64,000 nt of DNA, taken from positions 186,001 through 250,000 of the forward strand of contig NMRA01000464.1 of assembly GCA_002633005.1 (NCBI GenBank), in the 5' to 3' direction. A program made the translations under genes and the position numbers. The notes beneath the pieces are model-generated. The model ran no database searches. It was not told the origin of the DNA and was given only the letters and a program-made list of their open reading frames with translations. Numbering within the stretch: position 1 is the first letter of the stretch; each line of letters starts with the position of its first letter. This DNA is from Phoronis australis (taxonomy: Eukaryota > Animalia > Phoronida). Below, in pieces: positions 17,020-30,297 of this stretch.

Positions 17020-19700
17020 CTGCAAATAGAGAGCACCTGTTCTGAGAACTGAGATAAAGCGACATACAAACAACAGAGGCAAAGCAATGTCAGAAAATGA
17101 ATTGAGAGGTATTTAAGCTTTCAGTTTGGGACAGTCTCTAAATTTTGGGACACCAAAATTCAAGCTGAAGTTGAATCTCCTCAATCCTGGAGATTGGGAC
17201 ACAAGGAATTCTGATGCTCATCATATTTCTCAAATATCAGACATTGCGTTTTGAATCAACACAGTGTGACAATAAACTTACCTAATACTTAAAATCATGG
17301 AAAACAGCTAAGAGTACAACATTTTCATGCATCCCCATTATGTAACATGCAGTAAATAATCACCTGTCACCGATTTTAATTCTTGACTACAGGGTGACCA
17401 ATAACGCCAATTTCCAAAATTTAAGGTGCAAGCTCTGAATTTGAGTAAAAGAACTAGTTTTTCAACATTCCAAACTGGAGAATTTTACTGTAAGGACCAC
17501 TCTCTATCACAGGACAACATTTTGCTGTAAGGAGCGCTCTCTATCATTGGACAACATTTTATAGGTTCTGTGTTAAAAACTGGTCATCAAAATAAGATGC
17601 ATACTCTTACAGGGCAACTCAATAACTACAGTGACAAAGTGCAGCCCCATAATGTACCTCTCAATAAGCATAAAAGGACCAGCATGAAACACAAAAAGGA
17701 TACTCTTCCATCACAACAACGCCTCACACTCCATGTAAAATTGATTTTCAGTAAGCCCAGCGCAGTAGTGTTACAAAAATTCAACTTGAACTAAAGTAAA
17801 GGGAGTTAATTGACTCAGTCCATGGACACCTGAAGACATCGTCTACAAATGTATAACACCTCAGCACCACCATAATTATACACACATCACATATTTATAA
17901 ATACTAATATGTCTGAAAACAGCCATAGGTTAGTAAGGTACCGTATGTCTAAGCAGGAAAGCCTTGTACACAGCATAGTACTGCAAAACACAGCTTCTAT
18001 ATAGCAAGTACGTGCATACTACCTAAAGCATTTAGAAATGATACTTGTGGCCTAAGATACCCAGTAACAATAGACTGCACTTTAATGACATTCTTTCACC
18101 AGGAGCAAGTGCAACTTACAAGGTACAACCAGTTTCAACACTCAGTATGGAACAGAAACCACCATCCAATTCTAACATGAACCTGACACCCAAGACAGCA
18201 GAAATAAGCCTATGAATTAACAAATTCTATCCTAGAAAGCTTCAGTGTTTGACATTAGGAAGCCTTCAAACAGGGGGTTAGACTCACAGTGACATAATCA
18301 TGTGGTTCATATATCTCCATTGAAGTAGTGTACATATCATTGGGAAACTTATTCACCCAGCGGAATAAACAAATTCCAAAACCCACACCCACCCGCTTTT
18401 TCAAACTTCCAAGATTTGATCACATTTCACTAAGCTTACCTTATAAACATGAACACAGACAAACAACAGACACACTCCATCATTGCCTAAACAGGGGGGG
18501 TGGGGTTGGCTGTGATAACATAATTAGAGAGTAAATGGACTTACTTGATGAAGACAGGTGATGACAGAGGGGGTAAAAAGTGGCAAATTTTGGATGACAT
18601 GAATGCTCTCTTATTTACAAAAACTCAGTCATACGATCAATCAGCTACAGGTTATTAAAACAGTAAACTCCTCACGATCATAAATCCCGTTTTTCATATC
18701 AGAAAAACCAGCTGCAGAAACAACACAATTTCAAATCCATGCAGTCCACAGTGCAATCATGCAAAATTAAGGAAGGCTGGATAACTCCAGGTATGAAAAA
18801 TGTCAAAACACAGTATGTAGTGGTTGTGTCACCTCGGTATTTGTCTAGGCTGTGGTTCTTTTCATTTTCCCGTGGGGATTGTGAAAAAGGTGGATATGGC
18901 ACAATTTTGTAAAAGAAACTCATGTGATGGTAGACATCACACACTGGCCCCGGGTACGCTCATACATTACACTCATGTCTGTAGAGCTAAGAAAATTCAA
19001 TCTAAGTCGCTTTTCTTCCATTTTCTCGTTTTTGGGATATTGAATTCACAGTTGTAAAGTGTAAAGCTATGATGGAGGGTTTAATGATAGGACAATTTAG
19101 CCACTAGTCAAAACAAGATAAATTGTGGTTTTAAGCACTTTAATGAATATATAACTCCTAGTTCAGGATTTCACGCATAACGTAAACGATATTGAGATAA
19201 GCGTATTTCCAAGTACAAACCCAACAGCTCAACTGCCCAGCTGTGAAGCTAACACACAATAAAGGAGAATGACACCCAAAAAACAACCTAGTTTGTATCG
19301 ATATAGATCAAGTAGTTCCACTCGATAACAGCAAGTACAGCTCTTTCACACGACACCTGACGGCAGACGGAGGTGTTGAAATTAACCAATGACATCAGAG
19401 GTTCGAATGCAGTCTGTTCAGCAGTTCACAACACGCTTACTGGTGTCAGCTTATCGCTTGATTTCATCGTTTTACACCAATAAATCATCAAAATTCAAAG
19501 CAAAACCTTACAAATACAAACACCCGGAGGACCAAACAGAAGCCTCACGAACAAGTAAGTCATCAAACAAGTTATATAAAACGTTATATGTTCTTATACC
19601 TTGAATTAATTGTAACTGTTTGTTTTCATGGCTAACTACAATTCTCCATAATCAAAACTGATCAACAACCAAGCCGACGAAATGCAGGCCACCGACAGAC

Positions 19701-22700
19701 ATGGAGAAGTTTCATGGCCTCATACTTGGTATTAACGGCGTACTTTTCATTCTTCACTACTGTGAGCCACTTCCAAAGCATTATGGACTCTTGAGCAAAT
19801 CGAAAAAACGTTATACCCGCTTTCCTCGCAGCTTCATAGTTCGCACAAGCGGGAACGATACGATACACCACACCATAACGGCACTCATTCTGCAGAAGAA
19901 CCACTGACGTCGCTGCATCGTTTCTCACTTTCCTCACAGGTTAACGCGACATCTCTCGGCGAGGTAAGATCGAACGTATATGAGGTGATGTGGATGATAT
20001 AGACCGATTAAGAAGGTAAAAAAGACTAATTAAATCAGGTGGCATTCTCCTTTTAAGTGTCTTCAATCTAGACCGCAAAATGGAAGAACAGTGAAATATT
20101 ACTTCATGATAATTTTCAATTTCCTTTGAGCATTATTAACAATGCACCGAGCTTGTGAAAAATGACTTACCGTAATCGTTCGGGTTAACGCCCATGCTCA
20201 GTTAACCGCCCACCCCTACTTTAGGTGGATTTTCGATTTAACCGCCCACTGCTCAGTTAAGCGCCCCCCCACGATTTTTGAAGATTTCCAGTTAAGCGCC
20301 CACCTCTCGGTTAAGCGCCCATCCCGTACTTTTAAAGAATGAAGATTTAGCGCCCAGTGCTAAGGAAACGGTGATTCCCCGACTTTTACAAAAAGATCGA
20401 TGATCACAATGAGCGTAACAACGCCGGGCCTTCAAGACGGTGGTTTAGCAATATGAATTACAATACAAGTAAGGAGTTCTTGTCTTGGGTCATGGACTCA
20501 CTTCAAAATATAATACTTTAACGTTTTTCTCACTTTATTTTCTTCCCATGTTTACAAAGTTTAAGAACGGCGCCGGCGTCAAAACCTCCGCTTTCAGCGA
20601 CTTTGTCTGCCGCACTGAGTTTCGGTCTGCAGTGCACTAGATAAAATATATATTCGAAAAAATCAGGCCAGACAAATGTGACAATGGTTTTGCCAACCCT
20701 CCAAATTCTCTTAAGGTGGGAAGCTCTCGTATTTTGAAGAAATCTCACAACTCACGGAAAGATTTCAAATTCTCATTTTGATGAATGTAACTGCCGGGTT
20801 GTAGAGGACGTGTGGCGACCGAAGGGACAGTACAAGTGCCTTACTGGGTTACCGATTTCGTTGCTGCCTATCGATTTCTGAATTCAAAGGTTGGCAATAA
20901 TGTTTGTTTGTGTATGATCTTGAAGTAATAAAAAACAGCTAGTCAAATTTTGTTTTTTGCTTATTGCATCTCAGTCAAACTGGCGTTACCAGATTTAACT
21001 ATTGTCGCTGGCTGTTCTTTATTTTTTCTTGCGTCAGCCCCCACGTATAAGCGTGACTGTGAAATATCGTTTCCACATCCCCTTTTTGCCATCCAGAATA
21101 ATTTTGTTTATACATTGGCCAGTTTCTTACCATTCGAGTCTGAAATATCTACGACGTAGACTGACTGAAAATTGGCGATAGTGGGTAGGAGATGCACACA
21201 GCTAGCTACGGGCATGGGCTTAGGGAGCATCGAGCGGGAAATATCGGAATAGACTTGACATCGCAGTTTTGGGGAACATTGGCAACGGAGGAATATCGTA
21301 AAGAACTGGGTCTTTCGTAACAACAGCTTAAAAGTACATAGTCACGCCCGTTTTTGTTACTTAGGGCTATTCTCTTTTGATGTGTGACTTTGTAGTCATT
21401 TTGGTGCACGTGCGCAAGTTCCCACACTTTGCAGTGCATGTTACCTTGACACCAACATGTGATTGACAGGTGCTCACTCGTAGGCCCTACGTGCGTGCTG
21501 ATTCCCGCCGCTATCTTTGGCCATAAAAAACGAGATGCATATTGGAAGAGGCCGTTTTATTACTTGACGGCATTTCCAAGTCACGACTGTCAGCCGACTG
21601 AGACATTGCTTGCTAACAGCGAGACCGAACAGTGCCGCAGTGCGATAGGCCTATTGCAAGTGATATAAATAGGATAATCTGGACATCTTGCATGAAAAAT
21701 AAATGTTTTTCCACCACGAAGTTTGGTAAGGCGATTGTTTAAGAATGAATTGAAACATCGCTGTTTTGTGGCGTTTTATCACATATTTATGTCGTGGCTC
21801 GAAATTTTATTCTTGATTGACGAGTAGCTCACGGCCGCTTAACACCGATTCTTGTCTTAGGCCTAATTCTTTGCCGAGCATGTTTGGCACAACGGCAAGT
21901 GAGCAATGCCGGGCGGTCGAGATAAAACAGCTAGCCGCAGAACCATACGCTGAAAATGTCATTGAGTCACAGAGTGCCGACTATAAAACATCCTAAACAC
22001 AAAAAAAACATCTGAATTAAGTTTTTCAAACTTTTATTACAACTCATTTTAAAACTGCGCTCAGACTATGAACTTGGCAGCTCAGTACGAGACTGCAACC
22101 ATCAATTTGATGTCTGCTGTGACCTCTGCAACACGTGAAGCTTGCACGCGCGCACTTTAACAAGATCACATCTTAAAATAGTTGCAATCCAAGTAGAGGC
22201 TGCGTGGTCACTGGTCGTCTGCGCTCTAGAGGGCAAAGTAACAAGACCGCAGGACGCCACGGGGCTATTACTCAGTAATTCTGTAAATTTAACAGTGAAT
22301 AACTAATCTGAGGGCAAGAGAATCTTTGTTGGGATCATCCGCTGTTATTAAATTTTTCTCTTTACGTGGCTACGTGACGATAACGCTCTTTGAAAAGTAC
22401 TACGCGTTCCGAGTACGAGGTAAGATTAACCGCCCAGGGCGGTTGCCTGTCGTAATAAGCGCCCATGTTCGGTTAACCGCCCACCCAGGATTTCTTGAAA
22501 TTTCACGTTTAAGCGCCCATGTCTGGTTAACCGCCCACCCCCGATTTTTTGAGTTTGCCAATTTAACCGCCCAGGGCGTTAACCCGAACGATTACGGTAA
22601 GCAATTACTTTTGTTCAAATTAGAGGAGACTTTACCACAAATCGGTGGACAGTACAAACCTTTCACAAAGTACTTAAGAAGGAAACCCCATAACAAACTT

Positions 22701-24252
22701 AGGAAATGCACAGGAAAATGAAGCAGGTGAGAAAGCTGATTTAGTGAATTGAAGTAATCAGTGATGCTGGCGATGTCTGCCTTGCTTAATATATATCATT
22801 ACTTTCGAGCAATCCTTTTTACAACCCACAATCTGTTTCAAAAGTTTCAATTACATTAATTGGTTTACTACACTACTATGAAATGTAAAATGAATAAAAA
22901 CAACCATTAGATATCATAAGCCACATGAAGTTAAGAAGAGTCACTCAATCAAAACAACACATGGAGATAAGGGCACTCCACAAAATGTCTGCCAGAGCAA
23001 TGGAAGCTGTGTCCACCATATTCAGAGAAGTCTTGTACTACAGCAGTTCATGAAGAAACCTCACAACCACAAAACATTACAATCGGAGAACATAATCCTC
23101 TCTCAGACTATGTCTTAATGAATTAACAGCAACTGCCATGAAATAATTGAAAGTTGATCAATTTCGAGTTATAAGACAGCTGGCTTTTACAGACAAGTGT
23201 TCATAAGGCTAGTTGCTCACTTGCACTGAAAGTCTTGACATACTCTCTTGAAATACACCCTACAATTTCACGTGGTCTAGTGCAATCTTAGCCTTGGTGC
23301 AAAGCTGTATACTAAATATATAGCCGATGAGGGTAAAAAGTGAGCAAATGAAATCTGACAAAAAATTAGCCATTAAAAACTCAACTCTTCCTTTAGTAAA
23401 CTGAATTATCTACCACTGTTATAAAAATAGACGTTTTACTGTTATTTTGCTGCTTAAGTTGTGAAGCAATCTTATGCATAAGCTTTCGGCACCATGAAAT
23501 ATAGCTTCACCTATCGGCCAGTTTATTATCTCACCGATTCTTCAATCAACCGTTCTTCCAAGAGGTTGTGTACATGTCACAGCAAATTATCGGAACTGGT
23601 TTCATTTCGTTATAAGTTCTTGTATTTTAATACCAGCAAACTGAAGTTAAGAACAATCTTTGCTGCTGCGAAGCTGCCATCATCTGCTGAGAGATGTCGC
23701 ACAGAATGTAGGAAATGGCGCATGGGCGTGCCACGAGCGTACTGTTCTCAAAACGACGACAGACTTTTCTTTGTTGTAAAAGGCAGAAAATTACGCAAGA
23801 AAATGACGTTTATTAGATTGTTTTTCACTTTAATGGAAGTAATGGGCAAGGTGAGTGTCGGTTGACTCCCAGATTTTGCATGCTCCCCCGCAAGTCGTAA
23901 GCTCTACATGTTGATACAACTTTCCGGCGGGGTGACGAGCAGAACTACTCAGGCTATGTGAAATTTTGGGGGTCAAACGGAGCACAACACACAGTGGTAC
24001 CTTGCTGTATTTTGACGATAGTCTTCATACAGCTTGCTGGCTGACTAGTGTAATATCACCAATATCGCATGAAGCCAATTTTGTTGAGATGATGTCTGAG
24101 ACCACACTGGATACTTCTATTTTAATTATCAGTGGCTGCAATTCGCAAACATTGTGGTGAGAATCAATGCCAGAGGAAATGGACAGGGCACCAACATCAA
24201 GAGGACAGCAAGGAGTGAATGTGGAGTGACTGGGAAATTGGCAGTACAGTAA
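19701..24252 (+). pseudogene. Nested antisense three-exon gene or pseudogene for a secreted-looking Cys-containing protein (exons 19701-19963, 23637-23850, 24022-24252)
   Basis: Hydrophobic N-terminus; donors GAG|gtaaga and AAG|gtgagt; acceptors taccag and gatag; phases 2/2 and 0/0 agree. Five in-frame stops (4 TGA, 1 TAG). Confidence 0.5.
20170..22597. mobile_element. Non-autonomous Tc1/mariner-superfamily (Tc2/pogo-like) DNA transposon, about 2.4 kb
   Basis: Perfect TIR CCGTAATCGTTCGGGTTAACGCCC at both ends, TA flanks, and subterminal clusters of TTAA(C/G)CGCCC motifs. No transposase ORF seen. Confidence 0.88.
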
Positions 24253-24433
24253 TTTAATAACACAAAAATGCTGAAAGCTTGTCATAGAGTTTAAATTTGT
24301 GAACAGCTTTTAACTTGGTTACGCCAACTTCTTTCATACTTTAGAAGAAAATTTAGGCTTACGAGTTTAAAATTTAAAATTGTATTTCCTCATTATTCAG
24401 CTATGAAACAAGTAATATGAATCAAATCACTTA

Positions 24434-24510
24434 CCGTATTCGCCCTAATAAGTGCCCAGGGCGCTTAAAAAAATTCGCTTCAGGAAGGGGGCGCTTATTA
24501 TAGCCCAAAA
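24434..24510. mobile_element. Single end of a related CCGTA-terminus element
   Basis: TA-CCGTATTCGCCCTAATAAGTGCCC with GGGCGCTTA motifs; no matching second end found. Confidence 0.5.
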
Positions 24511-25682
24511 GTGTTTGAAACCTGGTCTCAAAAACAGATGAAATCATAAGCTAGAATTCATCAAATTTACGCTCTGTGATGCATCTGTAACCTATGAGAG
24601 AGTTTCTACAAAATTGCAGTGCATTGCTATTGAACTTGATTGTTAAATTAGGAGCACTTTTCAGAAAATCCCAATGCGAAAACTCGTCGACTGACGCATT
24701 GCTGCCTCGCGATCGACGATAGGTCAACTTAAATTCTTGAGTATAAATATAGTTTCGACTCAACAAATTACTTGAAGTCCTCCTTAAGTTTTCAAAGTGG
24801 TGGAGTCGGTATTAACTGCATATTAAGTCATATTAAGTCCAAATCTGCGCTAGATCGTACTCCGCAACACGAGAAAAATCTCTGGACGAACACACGTTGT
24901 TGTCATGTGATGTTTGTTTTAAGTTCATCTGTGTATTGTGTGAGTGAGCGAGCCCATGCATTTCATCATTTGCCAGAGTAAACGCGATGTAACGATCTAG
25001 TTGTGCATTGTAACTAAGGAAATCAACATGAGCTGTAAAGCAGCACGTGTGTTATTTAGCACTTGCAGATCTCGTTTGCTAAAAAACATTTGAGAATTGT
25101 CTCAGTAAGGCCGATGTCATTGAGTCGTCAGGTGACAGGATGCGTGACAGTCTAACAGTTATTTTTCGAGGGATTCGTGAGGTGTAAGGGTGCGGAAGCA
25201 TTCACTATCAGCCTAGTGCATCAGTTTGACTTTAAAAACACCAATTACGATTAATTTAATAATTCCCCCCTTAAAAATAATGCAAACATTTTTTACTTGC
25301 CGATGCTATGCTACCCGTTTCATGAATATAGTTACCAAAGACTAATCTTTGATGACAGATACTTGAATGTAGCATGCGCTTCCTAGCCACGTGCTTTTAA
25401 CTGAACAAAGGTCAAAACAGGAAGCTGCGACACTTTAAAAGCAGTCGTGGAGAACACTGAAATCCGTCTGAAAATTGAATTTCACGAAAATTCATCAAGG
25501 AACTCTGAAGAAACTGAGACCAATGTAAAAAATGAAATTGCCACTAGGGGGCACAGTGATATTCACATCGGTCCAGAACTCATCCTCATCTGTCGTCAGC
25601 CTCATAGAAACACACGTGCCAAATCTCATTGGTCCAATTAAAATTTTGCGAGGGGTTTAGGAGTAACAGCCACAAATGTCAG

Positions 25683-26118
25683 TGTCCGTTTGCATGAAAC
25701 AGTCCCAAATAGGGACTCGACTAAGATCCCTAAGTCTTTTTGTGTATTTTTGTCTTAATGGTCTAACAAATGCTATATATTTTCTTTCATTTCATCTTTA
25801 TTATAAGCTCCTCTTTGATTAATGATATTTTCTAATAATATAACTAAAAACTGAGCCCAGAGTTCATTGAAAATAATTAGGGACTCAGTCCTTAAATTGG
25901 GGATGTTGCATGAAAAGATCCCTACTTATTTTCGATAATATTGACAAATTCAACATAGAGTTCACTCTCGATTTGTATCAAAGTCAAAAGTAGACTTAGT
26001 AATGAAATTAAAACAATACAAGATAGGTCAATCGGTGTTTTAACAAGTCCACAAATACGCAGTAGATTTTGGGAACTTAGTTGAGTCCCTATTTGAGACA
26101 GTTTCATGCAACTGGTCA
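25683..26118. mobile_element. MITE, Harbinger-like family A, copy 1
   Basis: About 45-bp TIR (TTGCATGAAACAGTCCCAAATAGGGACTC), CAG on both flanks; homologous to the copies at 32051 and 50871. Confidence 0.85.
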
Positions 26119-26373
26119 CAGATGCCCAGACAGCGGTGACAGTAATATGCCCCACATAAAAATGTGTGGACGCATAAAAATGGGGTGGGTCAGGTTTGAT
26201 GGCAGTTTTGTGGACTAAATGGAAAGTGATTGTAAAAAAGTAAAAAGACATGACTTTGTTAAATTTCGCCATCTTAGAGAAACCCCAAAATAGAGAGTAC
26301 TTTCTGTCAGTTATACATTTCTTCAAGTGCCTCGAGACAAGGTGCAAACATGGGTTTCAGTGACCCAGACCGG

Positions 26374-26892
26374 AAGCGTGTTCAATAGAGTGAGCGCCCG
26401 CGAGCGATTTGAGCGCCCTCGTCCTGAACAGCTGTGTTTACAAACAACCTCGAGAGCATGTTCGCTTAGATTTCCAAGATGGCGTCCTGCCGCGAAGGCT
26501 TCACATCTGCAGCATAAGAACCCATTCTGGTTCTGCAACACGAAAACTAACCTCAAAAGTTGACCGACTCATCCGAAAGTGCGACTTAAATTGCGGGTAG
26601 CTGTATTGAGGAACAGTTCTCTCGACGTAATTTTCGATTCTTGTCATTCTAAAGCCTTCACGGTTGTTGTCTTGGGCTGCAGATATTAAAACTGGCAAAG
26701 ATTAATCATAGTCATCGCTCAGTATGCCATAGGAAGGACTGTTAGTGTTAAGCTCATCGGCTAAGACGTTCAACACAATCTGCTTCAGAGTCACCATACT
26801 GGATCGCACAGTGAGCGCTCACAGCTGTTCAGGAACTGTTCCTTGTGTTCGCGAGTACACGCTAGGGGGCGCTCACTCTGTTGAACACGCTT
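26374..26892 (-). mobile_element. Internally deleted PIF/Harbinger element with transposase N-terminal remnant
   Basis: TIR AAGCGTGTTCAA(T/C)AGAGTGAGCGCCC. Minus frame 26797-26552 gives RIENYVERTVPQYSYPQFKSHFRMSRSTFE with one in-frame TAA. Confidence 0.75.
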
Positions 26893-27400
26893 CAGTGATA
26901 ACATCAAAATCAGCCACTTCAGCTGTACTCTTAGTCCTAGGAAAACAAGCACTGAACCACACATCAAGCTCTGCACAAGAGGCATGATGGATGACGAAGA
27001 TATTATGATATAAGACAGATAGACTTAGTTAATGCCATCATCACAACTGATCAATTCTTCAGTCTGCTGCCAGACTTCTCCTACCACTCACATCCATGCT
27101 TTAAATTTAAGTGGCATTTCATACCCATACACTCCAACAGTTATGCAAATAAAACAAATCAAGGTCCAGTTCAATTAAAGTAAAAATTGATCAGGTTATA
27201 AAACTGCTCCTGTGGCCTCGACTTGTATAAGGATTCCTCATAGATCTGAAGGCAAGAAGAAAATGCCTCTTAATTACTGGTGGCAAATTGATATTTGGCA
27301 AACTGTAATTATAAGCCAGCTGTTTGACATCTTCAAATTGTGGTTTTCACAACTGATGACTTATACATGCCCCAGAGATGGGCATGCATCCTGGCAAACT

Positions 27401-27492
27401 AGTTCCTGAGCTATACAGGGTTTGGATTTTGCACATGTAAGCTTAAAGTTCCTGAGCTATACAGGGTTCGGATTTTGCACATGTAAGCTTAA
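27401..27492. repeat. 46-bp tandem duplication
   Basis: AGTTCCTGAGCTATACAGGGTT(T/C)GGATTTTGCACATGTAAGCTTAA twice. Confidence 0.9.
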
Positions 27493-28808
27493 GGGGCAAA
27501 ATGCCAGGTGGTTTTGGCAATTTTGACTGTTGACTTTGAAATGAGCACAAAAAGCTCGGCCTTGTATTTAGTTTGTTTTAAATCTGTAAAAAGCGCTGGA
27601 CTTCCTGGTTTTATTTCAAGTTCCAAAAGTTAGACGCAACAAATATGCCTGTGAGGTAAAAAATTACGTTCTAACCCTGCTGTATCCAGAGTCTTCACTT
27701 GCCACACTGCTGGTGGCCTAATGCTAGGACTTTATGAGACAAGGTGAGATATTGCCATATGTATTTTAAATGAAAACACATGGTTTTAGCAAGGTCCTAG
27801 CATAAGTCCTAGTAGCAATACTGCATTAAGTCTGCACTTAAGCCAGTAACAACTTGATCAAAATCATTTTCTCATTACAATGGCAACTGGGGCCCATTTG
27901 CATTGCTACGGTCAATTAGCTACTGTGGGAGTGAACTTCCAACATTTCAAATAAAAAAACAGGGTTGTTTATAATAGCAGGGGATTACAGAAATATGAGC
28001 CTTAATGGTACAGACACTAGAAGGGGTTATTTACATTATTGGCTGTCAAAGTGAATGAATCATCAGTGGAACCTTCAATCAATATCAGGTGAACAGGTAC
28101 AGGTAAGGAAATGATGGTCACGACCTGTACAGGAGTGCAGCAATCAAATGTGGCAACAAACAGTTTGAATCAGAACAGCACCATTACAAAATCATCATTG
28201 TTTTAAATTGCTTTCGAAACCTGGACTTATCTACTGAGCTATAATTAAAATAACTGGTGACAAATGGCTAAGATCATGAATTGCTTTTCTCCTTGGTATT
28301 TTGAACTATGCTCAGTGACTAGTATTTCTTCCAATAAAACCTCAAGGACAGAAATAAAGCAAAAACCACACAACCTCAGCTGACTGGCGCCAATTCAATA
28401 CTCACAAACGCAAGTGTAAAACCAGTCATATCTTCATTTTAGAGCCTTACTCACTCATTAGGCACTTACAAGTCTCACGATTTATCTCGATCAGACAAAA
28501 ATATCTAGCAGTATCGATCCATAGATGCCTACTTTCCCAGTTCAAGGAGAATAACCATGACTATCTATTGAACTTGACATTTGGTTTGGACAACAAAGCA
28601 CTGTCACTGTTTACTGAACAAATATGCCACAACCAACAAAGCATCAGTTGGGAACAAGGACAAGCATAATTAGCACAACATCACAATGAGTACAAGAAAC
28701 AGAGAAATGTCCAGTAGTTTTATGAATAGAGCAGGGACAGATGTACAGCTGAAGAAAACAAAAAACGAGGGAGGGCAGGTGATAAAACAGAATATTGAAC
28801 AACGCACG

Positions 28809-28990
28809 TCTCTCTCCCCCCCACCCCCACCCCCCTCTCTCCCACTCTCTCTTTCTCCCTCCCCCTCCNTCTCCCTCTCTCTCTCTCCCTCCCTCTCCCT
28901 CTCCCTGCCCCTCTCTCTCTCTCACCCTCCCTTTATCTCTCTCTCCCAGTCTCTCCCCTCTATCTCTCCATCCATCTATCCATCTATCTA
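28809..28990. repeat. (CT)n/C-rich microsatellite grading into (CCAT/CTAT)n
   Basis: Direct observation; includes one N base. Confidence 0.9.
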
Positions 28991-29560
28991 CTCTGAAGCT
29001 TTGGATCTGTCTGTTTAGATAGTAAGTCACATGTTTTGGCCAGCTTTTCAGAAGAAACAAAACTGTCCTTGCAGTAAAATCCAAGACCATTCCAAGCCAT
29101 AAATAGATGGTGTTTAACATGCAGTCAACAAGAGGGAAACATGAAATATGCAGTCACACTTTCACACTGGGACAGAAAGTGCCTCAAAGAATATCAGGTC
29201 ATTGCAGCTGGAATCAACTCCCATTTCCCTTAGGGCATCACCAAGCCAAACCCATCACTGGGACAGGATAATTAATGACAGAAAGCTAATTTACTGTACC
29301 TCACTGTTTCTAAACCAGTAGCAACTATCCAGACATAGAGCTTTATCCACACCCAACATAACACTATCTACTACTAGTGTTCTGCCCCTAGACCAAGCTT
29401 TACTTCAAAGTGCACATACAAACAATTATGCAAGGAATTCCCTTCCAGCATCTTAATTACTCAACAAGCCTGAAGCACAAATTGAGGTTCACTGACAGAT
29501 GGCTAATTTACATAGTACAACTCAACAGCAGTCACGACAGGTCAGATTTTAAAACTACCC

Positions 29561-30189
29561 CAGCGCTCGATTTGGTAACCTGCAGGTCGCCAATGCTACG
29601 TCAGATTGTAGGCGACCACGGAAAAATTCCAAGTCGCCACCAGGTCGTCACTGCGAGTATCAAAGTCAGACAATACTACCCTCTAAATTCGTTTCAAGGT
29701 TTGTGTTAACTAAACGTTTTGCTAGGTTTAGTACATGATTCACAACTGCTCCATTTATATCGCGAATTCAGCACATTTGCCACCAAGTTCAAGTTACACC
29801 AGGAAGTAAACAGACAGTCACAGACAGTCACAGAAGTCAGGACTGGTCAGCAAAAATCCGTCCAGAATCAGGATTGGCAAAATTTGCATAAGTCCATGCT
29901 GTCGTCTACGTTTCATACTCGTTTATGGGTTGACGCCGGAAGGAATGAAATGGAGTTTGACAATGAACGTATGAAAATTTGCAGGCAAAATCAAGGAATA
30001 CAAAAGGAGAATGGGTCGTCGGTTTTTTTTTGGTCAACGAAACTCTGCGGTTGAATAGGGACCTCAGAACTTACAGGTGCCAAAGGTTTTCAGTTTTGGC
30101 AACCTCAGACCTTTAAATTTCATTTGATGACCTGACATTTTTGCCAGGTCGCCAAATGCAACTTGGCGTTATCTAAGCATCGAGCGCTG
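29561..30189. mobile_element. Non-autonomous hAT-like element
   Basis: TIR CAGCGCTCGAT, internal GGTCGCCA/GGCGACC motifs; related degenerate segment at about 53850-54138. No clean TSD. Confidence 0.55.
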
Positions 30190-30297
30190 CACGGTAATTC
30201 TTAGAATCTTCTGACATAAAGCATTTTAGCCCATTTCAAGCATGGTTTGCAATGTATAGATGTCATAAAACATTTGCTAAAGTTACCACAATAAGTA

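Noticed and set aside
24022-24252. Selenoprotein reading of the clustered TGA codons
   Set aside because: An in-frame TAG precedes them and no SECIS was recognisable by eye; CpG decay is simpler.
28644-29120. ORFs across the CT-rich tract
   Set aside because: Microsatellite translations.
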